Positions 45,728 to 59,600 of a stretch of 64,000 bases of DNA are shown here, piece by piece. How positions within the stretch are numbered: the stretch's first letter is position 1; every line of letters begins with the position of its first letter. The notes beneath the pieces are model-generated. The model did not search any database. It was given only the letters and a program-made list of their open reading frames with translations, and was not told the origin of the DNA. The translations under genes and the position numbers were made by a program. This DNA is from Monocercomonoides exilis PA203 (Eukaryota > Protista > Preaxostyla). Where the stretch lies: the NCBI GenBank assembly GCA_001643675.2, contig LSRY02000002.1:1984001-2048000 (forward strand), in the 5' to 3' direction.

Positions 45728-48700
45728 ATGCTCATTCATTCCTTTATTTTTATCTCTTTATTTATCAATTATTGTCTCTCAAAATGTGAATATTGTGCTT
45801 TGAACAAAAACACTCTCAAAACTCCCTTTTCTTGTTTAAGCGAAATAAAAATAGAAAAAGGAAAATTTTTATTTTATACTAATAATGCTTCTTTAATTTT
45901 ATCAACTTTGGCGTTGAATCCATCTCACAGGAATTCAATAATTTGTGGAGATTGTTGTTGTCTCATCCAGTTATCTTCAATAACTATTTTCTGTGATTTC
46001 AATTCATTTTCCCCACTCTTCGCAGCCAAAGGAATTTTTTTTTTAAGAAATATAACCATATCATCTCGCATTTCACCTTCTAAACTTTTGCCACAATTCA
46101 TCAGCTCATCATTACACTTTTGCTTATCTGATTCTGAATTTTCTGATTGTCAAATGATATCATCATTAACAAGTCATTGCACTTTGTCTAATATTTATCA
46201 AACATCTTTTTTAAATGTATCATCTGAAAACAGAGCCAAGATATCTATCCAAAATATTCCATTCGATTACTCTCACATGATAGATTCATGCACATTTCAC
46301 AACGTTGATGATGCTTTTTATGGAGCAGTTGCCAACATATATTCGTGCAATCTTTTTGATGCTGTAAATTGTTCATTTACGAAATGCACTCGAAGATTGA
46401 AACATACTTTGGTTATTGATCCAGAAAGTCAAGAAATCAAAAACCGAACAACTTTTGTTTCTTCATATATTAATATCACTTTTTTTGAGTGCTCTTTTGA
46501 ACAATGTCAAACACCTGGACCATTAACAGATAATTCAACTTCCGAACCATCTACCCCTGAAAATAGCGGAGGAGCTATCGCATTCATTGGAAGTCATTCG
46601 CATTTTACATCTTCTTATTTATCTTCTCAATCGACGAACACCGAAAAATCAAAGTTAAAAAGATCTAACTTTTCAGAACTTGATAATCCAATTGTTTGGA
46701 TCAGCATTTTGCACAGTTCTTTTGTTGAATGCAAAGCAAGCCAATCCGGTGGTGGTGTGTGCATTATGATGGTTTCAGCAGCGCTACTCGGAAATAATAC
46801 ATTTTATAAATGCGTTTCCGGATCAAATGGAGGTGGAGCTTGCTTGCGACATATTATGGGTTGCTGCCTAATGGACTTATGTGAATGGAACAAGTGTAGC
46901 ACACTTACAGGTGAAGCAGCAGTGGAAATTATAAATAGGCGAAGCGGGCGCAACAGATGTTCCGATATGACAAACGATGCTGCCTCACAACATGTTATTG
47001 AACGAATGATTAATAACAGACGATCTATAAATGACAATTGGGAATCAAAGAAGCAACTGCTCAACAACCCAGATAAACCCTTAATGAACGCTGAGGCAAA
47101 TCACGATATCAAAAAATTTATTCGCCCTTCTCCAGCTGTGAGTCATATGTTTGGAACACCTTTCATAATGTGTCAATGCTGCATTGATTCAACTGATTCG
47201 GCTGGAATTACCGGTGGGATGCATCTTGTCACTGGCATAACTGACGTTGTTGCATCTGATTGCAGCTTCAAAAACAATATAGGCGACAAATTAGGTGGAG
47301 TTTATTGTTCAATTGAGCTTGACACCTTCTCTCTCGTTGATAAACCCAAGGAGACAATAAGTTCTTTGCACAAATCTTCTTTTACAGAGCTCCAAAATTG
47401 CTTTCCTTGTTCATCAATTCTGCCAAACAGCGTATCAGCACCGAATTTACCAACTTTATTTATGTTTTGCTGCTTTCACAATAACAGTGCAAGAAATATT
47501 ATGTGCACAGATTTCTTTTTGGTTGAAGATTTTGAGACAGCGGAGAATTCCCCCTTTGTATACTGCACCTCTTCATCTGAACAACAACGAACTGGAATTT
47601 CATATAAATCCAGGTTAGTATATACAGATTGGCTTCCAGATGGTCTGATGGCAGCTTTTGTTGGCGAAATTGAGAATGCTGATGACAGCGAAAATTGCGG
47701 GGAATCAGAAAGACAAGCATGCAGAACAATGCAATCTGCGGTAAGGAGGTTGCTTTTTGATGGTCACCCGGTTGTGTACGTTTTAGAAAAAGCATATCTT
47801 GACCAAGAAACATTTGCTGAAAAATCCGAATATATCGCCATCTGCGGAATTCTAAAGGGGGCTGAGGAGATTGACCTGTATAAAAATAGAGTAGTTGAGC
47901 ATCTTGCTGAAATTGAACAAGAACTTAATGCTGATCACACAAAAGATTATATTGTGAATGCTGACCAAGATTTTTACAAAGAATACAACTCTGACCTAAT
48001 TCGCCCAATACTTACCGTAAAACCATTTTATCAGCAATCAATTTTCATCCAAAAATCTGGTGAGGCTCTTTTTAGTGATGTTGACATATGTTTGCCACCT
48101 GGAAATTTGCCTATATTTTCTGTGCAAATGAATGATGAGACTAATGTTCCTACATTGAAACTCTCAAAAATGAAAATAGGCGCTTCAAACAGCTTAAACA
48201 GTTTATCAACAGCAATGGAAAGTTCGGCTCCAATTGCAGAAGTTATTCAAGGAAACTTATATTTGAACAAAATCGTGGTTGATAAACTTCAGTTTTCTAA
48301 GACTGCATTTTCCATTCAAAATGTTTGCGTTTAATATAAAAAAAATTTTTTTTATAATGATATGATTAATAATTATTTTACAACTTTTTTAAATACTTTT
48401 TATTTTCCGTTTTTATCTTTTTAGTCTGACGGACTCTACGAAAGCAACCTGAATATTATGAATTGTTCATTTAGTCATATTACATCAGCTTCATCATCTT
48501 GTATTATACAAACAGATGCGCCGCTACTTTTTGTTTGCATTCAAACCTCATTTTCTTTTTGTGCTGCTTCTGAGCATCAAACTGGAGGTGCATTATCTGT
48601 GAATGCGGTTGATTGCAACATCATTGTCAAGAGCTGCAGCGCGACGAAATGTGGCGTTGGAAAGCGTCCAACGGCTTTGACTAATGAAGTGACAAACGGA

Positions 48701-51700
48701 AAAACAAAAGGTGGATGGTTTTATTGGGATGTAAGTGGAGCAACCAGCGATTTTCCACTGACAATGGTTGATGTTGCATTTAAGGAAAACTTTGCAGAAT
48801 GCGGAAAAGATATTTTCTTTTTGATTAACATTCCAATTGAAGAAGTTCAAAGCATTCATCTTTCTGTAAGTTCAATGGATAGCGAAACAGTTGACGATAA
48901 TTCTATTGTTTATGCCACGTTGAATGAACCAGAAAAGGTTATGAATCTTGTTCCATTGATAGTTCGACTACGGTCAGACAAGATCTACACGACAGAAAAA
49001 GGAGAAGACAAAGCTTCTTGTGGGTCAAGGGATAGCCCTTGCAGCGATATATCAATTGCTTCGGAGAAGCTTCCTGTGTATATGAGACAAGAACTGGAAA
49101 CACCACTCTCAGAGATTGTTATACTTAATGAATCTGTTCAATATCTTTCCATCAACTTTTTCCATACGCATATTCATCCAGATGAAGATGAACCTAACTC
49201 TTTGTCCTTTTCAGCTACAAAGCCAGCCGAGTACAAAATTAACTGCATGTTTTTGCCACCAAAACCAGCAATCAGAACAAATGAATTAGTCACCTTTTCT
49301 TCTCTGAACATTAAATTTTCTGGATACTCTTCATCCTTGCCAACCTTTATTTCTGCTGATACAGGTCTCTTGAAACTGAAACAGGTAAATTTTACTGTTC
49401 AAAGTTTTATTCCAGATGTACGCTTTACTGGCTCATTGATTTTAATTGCATTAGCTTCAGTCTCAATTCAAGACTGCCAATTTACTGATTTAAAAATTTG
49501 TGATAATTTCATTGCTGTTATGCCACATGATGTGGAGGAAGAGTATTGGAAAGGCATTGTCCAAGCTTCTGCAAACGGAGAAGCAAATGAATTAGAATCG
49601 TCTTCTGTAGATCCATTCATTCAAACGAGAAAAGAACAAAATGATTCCAAACGTGTGCTCTCTCAAAACAATAACAAAAATACACAGAACACTTTCACAG
49701 AAGAACAGAGAATGCATTCTTTCTATTCTTCAAAGTTGACTTTACCTCAAAACAACACAAAATTAATAATCCACCTCGAAAACACAAGTCTGAAAAATGT
49801 TATCATGGTTAATTATCCTATTTTTGCTGCATTAATTCCAACACCTTCCCCTACTCTTCCACCATCTATCTTGCTTGAGTTGGTATCTTCATCAATTGTA
49901 AATTGCTCAACTGAAAGTACAAGTGAAGCTTTGCTAGCGAAGAACATTCCATCAATCACGAATTACTTCTCTTTGAAGATGAAAGATACAAACATCTCGT
50001 CGTGCAAAGCATTGAACTCAGATGGAGCTGCAATGAGACTTTACAATGCCAATGTCGAAATTACCGGATCGTGCTTCAAAGAGTTGAATACTACCGATTC
50101 AAATTCTTTTCCTCAGAAACCCACAACAAACGAAACATACTCACATTCTTCTGTGCTGTCCCCGTATTATCCTTCATTAACACTTCACAAATCTTCTCAT
50201 GTTCATTTGACTCAACAGCAGACAAGTGTCTGTGATTGGGATGAATCACTGATTCTTCTCTTTATCTGCCATACGACAATTACTCACACTTCATTCATCC
50301 ATTCACAAGCAGGAGGCATCCAACAAAAAGGTGGATTGCTCCATATTGTATCCAGTTCCTTTGATACAGTCGCGACAGGAGGAATTGATGGCTTTCCATC
50401 ATTACGAAAACATGCCAAGTGTTCACGGATTCAGGTGCAAAAGAAAACATTCTCTGATGAAACTTCAATTATTAATCAGAAAAAAATAGAAAGAACTGAG
50501 TCAGAGAGAACAATTTTGGAAGAAGAAAATGATACTGAAGAAGACGCCGAGGTTAATGGCAAGATTATTATTGATGGAATTACAATAGATGGAAGGGATG
50601 GAGCAAATATGAATGAATCACTCTGGATAAAGAATCAACACTGCGTAGTTGAAGGGAAAGCAATGGAAAATAAACTATCATCCTACTTTATGCCAAGTTT
50701 GACAGGAGCCAAAATAATAGAAAATAATTCGAAAAAACGCTTTCTGGATTTCTTGCTTTTTGGGAAAAAAGCATCAGATTTAGAAGGATTAGATGAAACG
50801 TATGTCGCATCAGAAAGCGATGCGATGGTCATTTTCACTGGAAAGCAGCTTTTGATGTGTGATTTGACGTTTGATGTAATAACAGATAAAGGAAGACTGT
50901 TAGCTGCGTCTCTGCCACTTATCACATCAATTAATGAATTCCAATGCATTGGATCGATTCCCCATCAATTTTTAACACCTGTAACAACATCTTTTCAGGA
51001 GCCAATAAGCGGTGCAAATGGCAAAGAACCTTTTAGAATTAAGAATGAGAATCAAGACAATGAGAATGCTTCAGGTCCAAAAGAAGATGAAGGCGTGTGC
51101 GTGCGAATTGCTTTGAATGAGAAGAATCTGAAAGGAGAAATCATTCGCCTCTGGGAATCGCAAAGTGTGATGATACAAGCAAAAGGCAATGGAAAAAAGT
51201 CTAAAATGACCACTGCTCAGCTGATTGTTTCAATTGTTGTGCCAATTGTTAGCGTACTTGTTGCAGTGGGAATACTAATTTTGTTGTGTGTTATGCGTTC
51301 TCGGCGTGTCAGAACAGAGTATACAACAACCGCAACAGAAGAGCAAACATCATATGGAAGCTACGACACCTATGAAGAAACTGACAGTAAAGAACAGAAC
51401 ATAAATTACTCTGAAAGCACTCAGAAAACACGAAGCAATAAAAGCTCGCCATTCACCGAGAAATCGCAATTTCTTAACCAGGCACAAGGGCTGGTTAGAC
51501 TTGTGCAGTATTCGACGTTTGATTCATTAAACACTCCTAGAAAAGATAGGAAAAGATTGGGATTGCAGATTGACCAAGGGCCAAAAGCGATGAGTCCAGT
51601 AATGCACAACCGTTGGAATAATTCAGATGATTATCTTTCGATTAACAGCAGTTACGAGAAGGTAAAAGGATCCAGCTATGAAGAGTATTATTCATATGAA

Positions 51701-51976
51701 ACTGAAGAGAGTGAAGAACTGGGGCAATCACCTTATAGCATAGAGAGAACATTCAGTAATGAATCTGCTTTTAGAGGAGATATGTCTCCATCTGCAATGT
51801 TGGCAAGAAAAAGAAAGTTAGCAAGGAAAAGAGAACAACACAGGCTTATGAATATGCCTTCAATGAGCGAGAATGACGATAGCTATTCTTATTGGTGTGA
51901 CTCGGTGGATGAAGAATTGGAAGAAATTGCTCTTTTCATCGAAAAAGATATTCAAATACCAAATTTCGAGGAATGA
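45728..51976 (+). CDS. Type I membrane beta-helix-repeat protein (about 2048 aa) with Tyr/Glu-rich cytoplasmic tail
   Basis: Two ORFs are joined in frame by intron 48323-48424 (GTTTGC...TTTAG). Features are a signal peptide, GGA motifs, two CG..C modules and a TM segment LIVSIVVPIVSVLVAVGILILLC. Confidence 0.85.
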
Positions 51977-52482
51977 TAACTGGAAATAAGGAAAATGTTT
52001 TATTATTTTTTGTTTTTTTAACTGGTATTGTAAATGATAATTTTGTTAAAATCATAGATGATGTCTATTATTAGTTTTTATTGTTTGATATATTTTCAAA
52101 CGGTTATATATTTTTTTTCACATTTATGGTTTTCATATATTAAGTTTTCTATAGTATTATCCGCAGATATACTTATTTTTAAAATATCTTGCGGGAGTGT
52201 CAAATAATCAAATTTAAAATAATTATTAATTTTAATATCTTATGATTATTTATATGTTTCATAAGAAGCAATAGATCATCAAATGAAATGAAATTTAAAG
52301 CCATTCATTTGTATTATATTAAATATTGCAACAAATTATTTGTTTAAGTTATTGAATAATTTCACCCATTATAAATTTGATAGATAAATTGGATTGATAT
52401 TTGTGACAGGTATTGCGAATGGAAGAAGCATAAGCCCAGAGAATTTTGAAACGAAATCATTTCAATTGTTGAATCGATACTA

Positions 52483-53298
52483 ATGCCATTTTTATATGAA
52501 ATCTTTGCATCTTCGTCACTAACTCCTGTTCCGTCTGAAGTAACTTCTGCTGTATGCAAACAAGCAAATGCAGTATGCTTATGATTAAACACATTATCAT
52601 TTCAAGCCTGTTAATTATTTGGAACTTTATTGATTTTGATTTCTTATTATTCGCGCTCAAGGAATTATATGCTCAGTACTTATATAATGCAATGGGATTT
52701 TGCCTTCAGACCCAAGGTCTTCCAGGTATGTGTGTAAATTGGTTGTTCATTTTTTGATTTTTATGTTTCTTTTTCTTTTTGCATTTTGCTTGAAAAAATT
52801 TAGGAATGGCCCTTTGGATGTTCAAGCAGGCTCATGAAGAAGAAGAGCATGCTTTCAAGCTCGTGGAATTCTTGACACTAAAAGGTCAAAGAGTCAAATT
52901 AACAGCTGTCAACGAACCAGAAGCTCAATGGTATTTTTATTACAGATTTTTAAAAAAGCTTTTCAGTTCTTCGTCATTGCTTTCGTCGTTTTTTTCTAAT
53001 TAATAATCATTTTAAATAACTCAGGTGGGACAAACCAATAGATGCGTTCCATGCAGCATTAGAACACGAAAAGAAGGTAACAGCAATGATTCATGAGTTA
53101 GAAGCAAAAATTATGCCTTTCCATTCAAGCCATCCTGAATTGGGAATCAAGGAGCTTGTCGATTGGTTTTTACATGAACAAGAAGAGGAAGAAGAATCTG
53201 TTGGAAATTTAATCGAAAAATTAGAAACACTTCAGAAGGAGAAGCGTTTGATGCAAGATATTGATTTCAAAATTGGCCAAATGAGAAAAGATGAGTAA
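52483..53298 (+). CDS. Non-heme ferritin, prokaryotic FtnA-type
   Basis: Exons 52483-52572, 52662-52725, 52804-52930 and 53025-53298. Ferroxidase motifs ELYAQYLY, QAHEEEEHAFK, ALEHEKKVT and WFLHEQEEEE. Confidence 0.9.
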
Positions 53299-53674
53299 AC
53301 GATAAAACCAGATTCATATTTCCCGCGAGCGATGGAAAAAAATTCTACTAACGAATAAAACGTAATGCGTGGCCATTCGGAAAATTGCTTCATTTTCATG
53401 CTTAAACACTTTATCAACTCACAACGTTTCCCAAATTAAGTTTTGTATTGTTCTGCTTGCTTTTACAAATGATGCTGCTTTATTTCGCTTCATGTAACTT
53501 GACGTGCTCTTCAATAATACGATGCAAATGTTTTATCACAAAATTTGGATTGATCTTAAAAAGCACACAAAGAGCTGTATAACTTAAAAATGTATAAAAC
53601 GTAAAACTCGTAATACTTTTCTTTCAATCCCAAAAATTTCAAAAAAATTGAAAAGCAATAAAGCAATTAGAAAA

Positions 53675-56600
53675 TTAAATACTGATTATTTCTACATTGT
53701 TAGAAAAAATCCAATCCCATCGAACAAGATGACTGTGAAGAAATGGAATAAAAATAAAACCATCAAATATAAAGATTTTTAGAGGCAATTCAAAACTGAG
53801 ATTTGAAACAGTTGTTTCTGTGTAACGAATAGGAATAAAATGAAACGTCGAAGACTGAGGAGTAACAATGGCTGAGAAAATGCAGAGTTGCAGCTTTGTT
53901 GAGCTATGTTCATGCGTTGATTCAGATGTTTCACTCGAACTTTCGTTTTCATTAACTCTTAATGAACGACAAATAACAAAGAACCCCACTGACGATTTCA
54001 TCAGATCATTAGAAATATTCAAAACATCAGGTCTTGATGTGGCTTGAGTTATTTTCTCCCATTTTGTATTCTTTGACCAGATCCAAAGAGAATGAAGATG
54101 AGAAAAACGAGAATCATTTGTAGAAGAATTATCATTTTTTGCCTTTACGCAATCATCAAGATAACTTGCTGTTTTCTTTTGAAGATTTGCTATTTCCTTG
54201 CTATGAATGAGTGGATCAAATGCCTTACAGAAATAATATGATTTATCGTCAAAATGTCTTTCGCATTGAACTTCCACCGGCATTGCAAAATGAACCGATG
54301 TTGGAGTTTGATGATCTGATTTTGAAGAAAACTCAAATGAAAGATTTCGAAACAACGGAGCCAAAGAAATAGAGAAAAGCGAATATAAAGATGGTGACTG
54401 CTTTACAAGCTGTGTGCTTATGACCGATTCAATAGATCTACTGGACTGATTTTTAATTGGAGTTGAAATCTTGGAACAGTTGGGTCTCGAATGCTGCACA
54501 AGCGGTGGAATATATTTTGCACTATGCTGAAGAGACGAAACATCCCAAATAGACACTTCTCCATTAAGTTTACAACCTAAAAGAAGCAAACAACAGTTTT
54601 TGCTTTCAGAATGTTTCTTTGTCAAGAGAAGAGTTTCACGCTGCATCGAACTATTTGTTCGAATGAATCGCTTAACTTGCGATTTTGGTCTTAAATTCTT
54701 CTTCAATTGAATTCTTCTCTTTATACCTAACGTTCTTCCTTTCATTAATGTATGTTCTGTTGCAGAGATGCTTGCTTGGGTTGTTGACGAACTTGATGGA
54801 GTCTGTGGAATATGAGAGGGTGTAATTGCTGTATTTCCAGGAGTTAAAGATTTCAAATTCAAATCGGGAGTTTTTAAAAATGAAGGCTGAGGGGTGTAAT
54901 TAAAATGCTCTTTTGCTATGTTTGAATTTTGCTCATCAATTTTTTCTTCCTCATTATCAGATGAAATTTTTGTATGTTCATTTGAATCCTTGCTAAACGA
55001 TTTACAGATTTTGATGTCTGGTTCGTCAGAACAATAAGGAATAAAAATTGGTACAAAACAAAAGCTAGATATGCGTTCATAAATCTCACTTGAAGATTCA
55101 TTTTGCGGATCGTTTGCTTTCTGACAACGATCACAATCTGTGCTTTCTTTATGCTTGATTCTTTCTTTGTCTGTCTCCTTTAATGATGCTGAAATTGGAG
55201 AAACATAATCATTTCTTGTCTTTCTAAAAATTTTCATTCGATTTTGATAGTACATAGAAAACCGGGTTCTTGGAATGGCTTTTGATGAAATTAAAGAATT
55301 TGATGAAACAGTAGATGCAGATGAAAGAAAAGTAAAGATGTAGGCAGGAGAGCAAGATGAAGCTTCTTCTATGGATGAGTTAGCAATCCGAAATATTACT
55401 GGTTTATACTTTGATAAAGCTATAGCAACAAATATGCTGCCATCAGATTTACAAGAATTACTCGAGATAAAAGCGTCTTTTTTTTCACTATTGAGAACGT
55501 AACCGCTAATTACAACTTTCGAAAAATTATCTATCGTTCTATTATCTTCAAATAATTGCTTATTTGAAGCTTCAGAAGAAACATCAAGAATTTGATTTTT
55601 TCTTTGAGAAGAAGTGCTTGAATACGAAGCACCTTTTTGTAAATGACTTTTAATTCGAGGAGGAAGCAAAAGGTGAAACAAATGCGAACTAATTAGAGTT
55701 TTTGATTGATTTTCCGCACTAAACAATTCATTTGTCAGACTCATTAATGAAACAAGCAAACGCGACGGTTTACACCTGCTTTTATAATTTATTTTTTGTG
55801 AGTTTCCAATATCCTCACTTATAACTGATGTGCAAATTGCTTTCGATGCATTTTGACTCTCCTGTAATGCATGATTTGTTTCATTTGGAGAATGTCTATT
55901 TGTTGCAGTTGAAATATAACACTCATCATGAATGATATCCTGATTTTCCCCTGATGCTTCATTATTTTCACATGGCACTATACATGTTGTATAAGCCTCA
56001 TTTGATGAATTATCCAAATCCTCCTCTGTTTTCATTGTCTCAGTGCATTCATCACAACAATTTCCAACGTTTTTCATCGAAATATTCTCCATTGCTTTTT
56101 TCTCTTCAACTTCTTCGGGCATGATGTCCATATTGTTCCAATTTTCTTGATCAAGAGTTTCTTCAATGAGCGTTGGTTGTGTTTCTTCTCTATCTCTAGA
56201 AACTATTTCAAGTTCTCCACTATGAATGGCTCGAAAATAATCCAATTCTTGCTTTTTTGAATCATTTTTATCATCCAAAAAAGAATTGTCTTCTTCAATT
56301 TGAGTGGGGAGTGTTTCATTAACATTATCTTCAATCATTTCATGATCATCATTTTCTATCAGTAACAAGTTCACATCTTCGCTGCCTTGATCCCCTTCTT
56401 CAATTAATGTGGGTTGCGTTTCACAAAAATTTTTCACAATGTTCGTTTCATTAAATGCATCAATATCAATTAGCGTTTCTTGTGTTTTCTCTTCTTCGTA
56501 ACTAACATTGTTCGTGTTGGATTCAATATCCATACACATCAGCGTATCACCAATTGCAGTTTCTTTAATTGAACGTGCATCAGTTTCTGGAATAATAAGT

Positions 56601-59600
56601 GTATTTTGTGTGGAAGCATTATAACTATCTGCAACTGGAACAGCGTATTTGACTTGAAAATCATCTCCTTTACCATGCTCACTTCTGGTCCAATCTCCAT
56701 GATAAAATAAGTTTTTATCTCCGTTGCGGTCAACTTGAGCTGGTACTCTTTCAGCTGCACTCCCTTCTTCAATACCGATGTCATTTTCAACCTCATTTTC
56801 AATATCAGTTGTTTCTTCTTCTTCTTCTTCCTCGTTTTCTTCTTGCTGATGAGCTTTATAAAGCATTGAAAAAAAGGAAGGCCTCTTCATAGGATAGGTG
56901 AATGGTATGCTATGCTGCGTTTGTAAAGGCGTATCAGTCGCAGAAATAGGAATAGCCGGCTGAGAAACGATTGCTTTTGGCTGCCTCTGGCGATGCAACG
57001 ATGGCATGAAACTCGAACGAAATGTTGATTCATTTGCAAATAGAGAATCAGTTTTATCAATTTCTGGAGATCCTATTACATCTGTTGAAGGAAGAGGAGG
57101 TGCGAACTTTGTCGTTAACTCTTTATCATCTTTGCTTGGATTTTCATTTGAATTGATCATTATATTTTGTGATTCTTCCACTTCTGTTTCCTCTGTCGTG
57201 TCCGTAACCGCACCATCATCTGTAGCAACAGTACTTTCTGTTCCTCCTTCATCTTTATCTTCTGCTTCAGTTGTGTCAGTAACTTCTGTGACATCCGTTA
57301 CTTCAGTTGAACTTGTCTCATCTTCTGCACTGCCAAAAAGCTGACTTTTCTTTGATTCGATCCGATCTCTTCTCGCTTTTTTTCTTGCATTTTTTCTTCT
57401 CTTTATTAATTTTGAAGATGCTTTCTCATTTTTCTGAAGTGCATTCGATGAATTCAGAAAAGAGTCTGCATCATCACACACGAACGTCTCTTGTGTCGCT
57501 GAGCAGGGTTCCATCTTTTCTCTCAGTTTCTCAAGTAACTCTGGTGGAATACGCATCACTTTTTCTTCTCGTTTCTTCTTCTCTCTTTTTGGTGTCTTGC
57601 CTTCTCCATTTCCTCTCCAAGTTCCTGGTGAGAGCTGAGACTGAGATAATTCTTGTGTTTGACTGATAGGAGAAGAAAAGCGGTGCAATTTTTGATTCAT
57701 TTTTTCAATCATAGCTCTGCGCGTATGAGGAGTCAGAGGTGATAGTTGAGATGCAGTGAATTCTTGGGTTAACTGTGATGAAGGAGGAGTAAAATATAAT
57801 GGCTGAGATTGATTTTGAGAATGCAATGAAGACGCAGATGGGGTAGAAGACTGAGATAGATTGTTAGATTGAGAATCGCCTTTTTCAAAGCTCAGAAGCA
57901 GTAAAGGATGTATTTGATGGCGCTTATGAATTTGGGTAAAAGTCGAACCAATATTTGGAGAAGAAGATGAAGATGAAGGCACAGTATTAAATGGTGAAGC
58001 CTTGGACGAGAACATCGTAGCAGCAGAAGCTTTTCCAAAAAATGGCTGAGGGGAAAATGGTGGTACGAATGAAGGAGGAGATATTGAGGAAATTGATTGC
58101 GTTGGAGAATTATTGTTAATTGAATGAACGAAAACAGAAGCCAAAGCTGCAGAGGTTGAAGGAAATGGATATGGATTGAAGGACGAGATACTAAAAGGTG
58201 CACTTTTGCCAACTGAAATGGAGTCTCTATTTTGGAAAGCCTGTGAATTCAAAAGTTTGTCAGAAGTTGCTGATGGTACTACATCATGAAATACATGACG
58301 GGGAAGATAGGAAACAAGAGATTGTGATTCTTCACTGAAAGCATTTGACAGCTGTGATGATTCAAAAGTTGGCGCGGATGTCAAAGGAATAGGTGTTGAT
58401 TTTTGCTCCCATGCAGCAGGATTTGATAATTTACTATTTGTATTTTGCTTTTCAGGATTTGATTGCGTGACCAACAACGTATCTCTGGAACGAGGATATT
58501 CTCCTGAAACTTTATTCAACGTTGAAAGAAGTGTTGAATTAGGTTTTTTTGACGGAGGTTGAAATAACGCATCATCGCATTGCGTATCATTGTTAAGCTG
58601 AGTTTCATTTTGGCATGCATCAAAGTGCATGTTTTGTTGATTATCCACATTCAAAGTTTTCCCTTCATTTTCTATCACCTCTTCGTATTTTTTGTTTACA
58701 ATATCATCCAGGCTATCATTTTCATCATCATCTTCATCGATTCGAACTGTTTCATCTACTATTTGAAGCGGCCTAGGTTGAGCAAAGGAGACATATTGAG
58801 ACAAACTGATTGATTGACTTTCACTCTGTGAATAATTAGCTGTTGGGAAAGATGCTACAGTCCCCGAAGAATCGGCTGATAGAGACAATGGCTGGGTTGA
58901 TATTGGAACCGGTGGAAGAATAAGGGCTGTTGGAGAAACACCCATTTCTTGAGGTAGTTGAGACAAGGATGCTTTCTTTAAATAAAATTCATTATTTGAC
59001 GGATTATGATCAGAGGCCTGTGTACCATTCATTGATTGAGAATTACTGTCATTTGATATGAATGAAAGCAGTCCATTTTTTCTTTGGAATGAAGAATCAT
59101 TTGCTGAATCATTCGATATATACGATTGATTTGATTGTTGAAGATTGTTCGTTGTCTCTGAGGACGGAAAAAGAGAATGCTTAAAATTTCGAGGAAGTTC
59201 AAACGGTAATTCAGAAATTTGGTTATCAACTCCTTTCATTGACTGATTTTTCTGTTTGCTTTCATCCAAATGCTCAGCAGATTGATATTTTTCAGCTTCG
59301 TCAATTAGATCTATTGGCTGTTCAAACGAAAGTTGAGTCATTTCACCATCATCCGTGACTAGAGTCGCATCAATCTTATCTGCCTCTTTTTCTTCTCCTT
59401 GAACTTTAATTTGTAAATCGTTATTGACTTCATTCCGATGAAATGTCTCCATGAAACTGCTTTCTTCTAACTGCTCTTCAACAAGGGTAGGCTGAGTACA
59501 TTCTTCATTAACTCCCATCAGATTATTTTCTTCTTGCGGACAATTCGTTATATCATTTCTATTTTCTCTTGTACCAAAAGTTGATTTCAAATTACTGAAA

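Noticed and set aside
52380-52482. Iron-responsive element in the ferritin 5' UTR
   Set aside because: No CAGUGN loop on a suitable stem was found.
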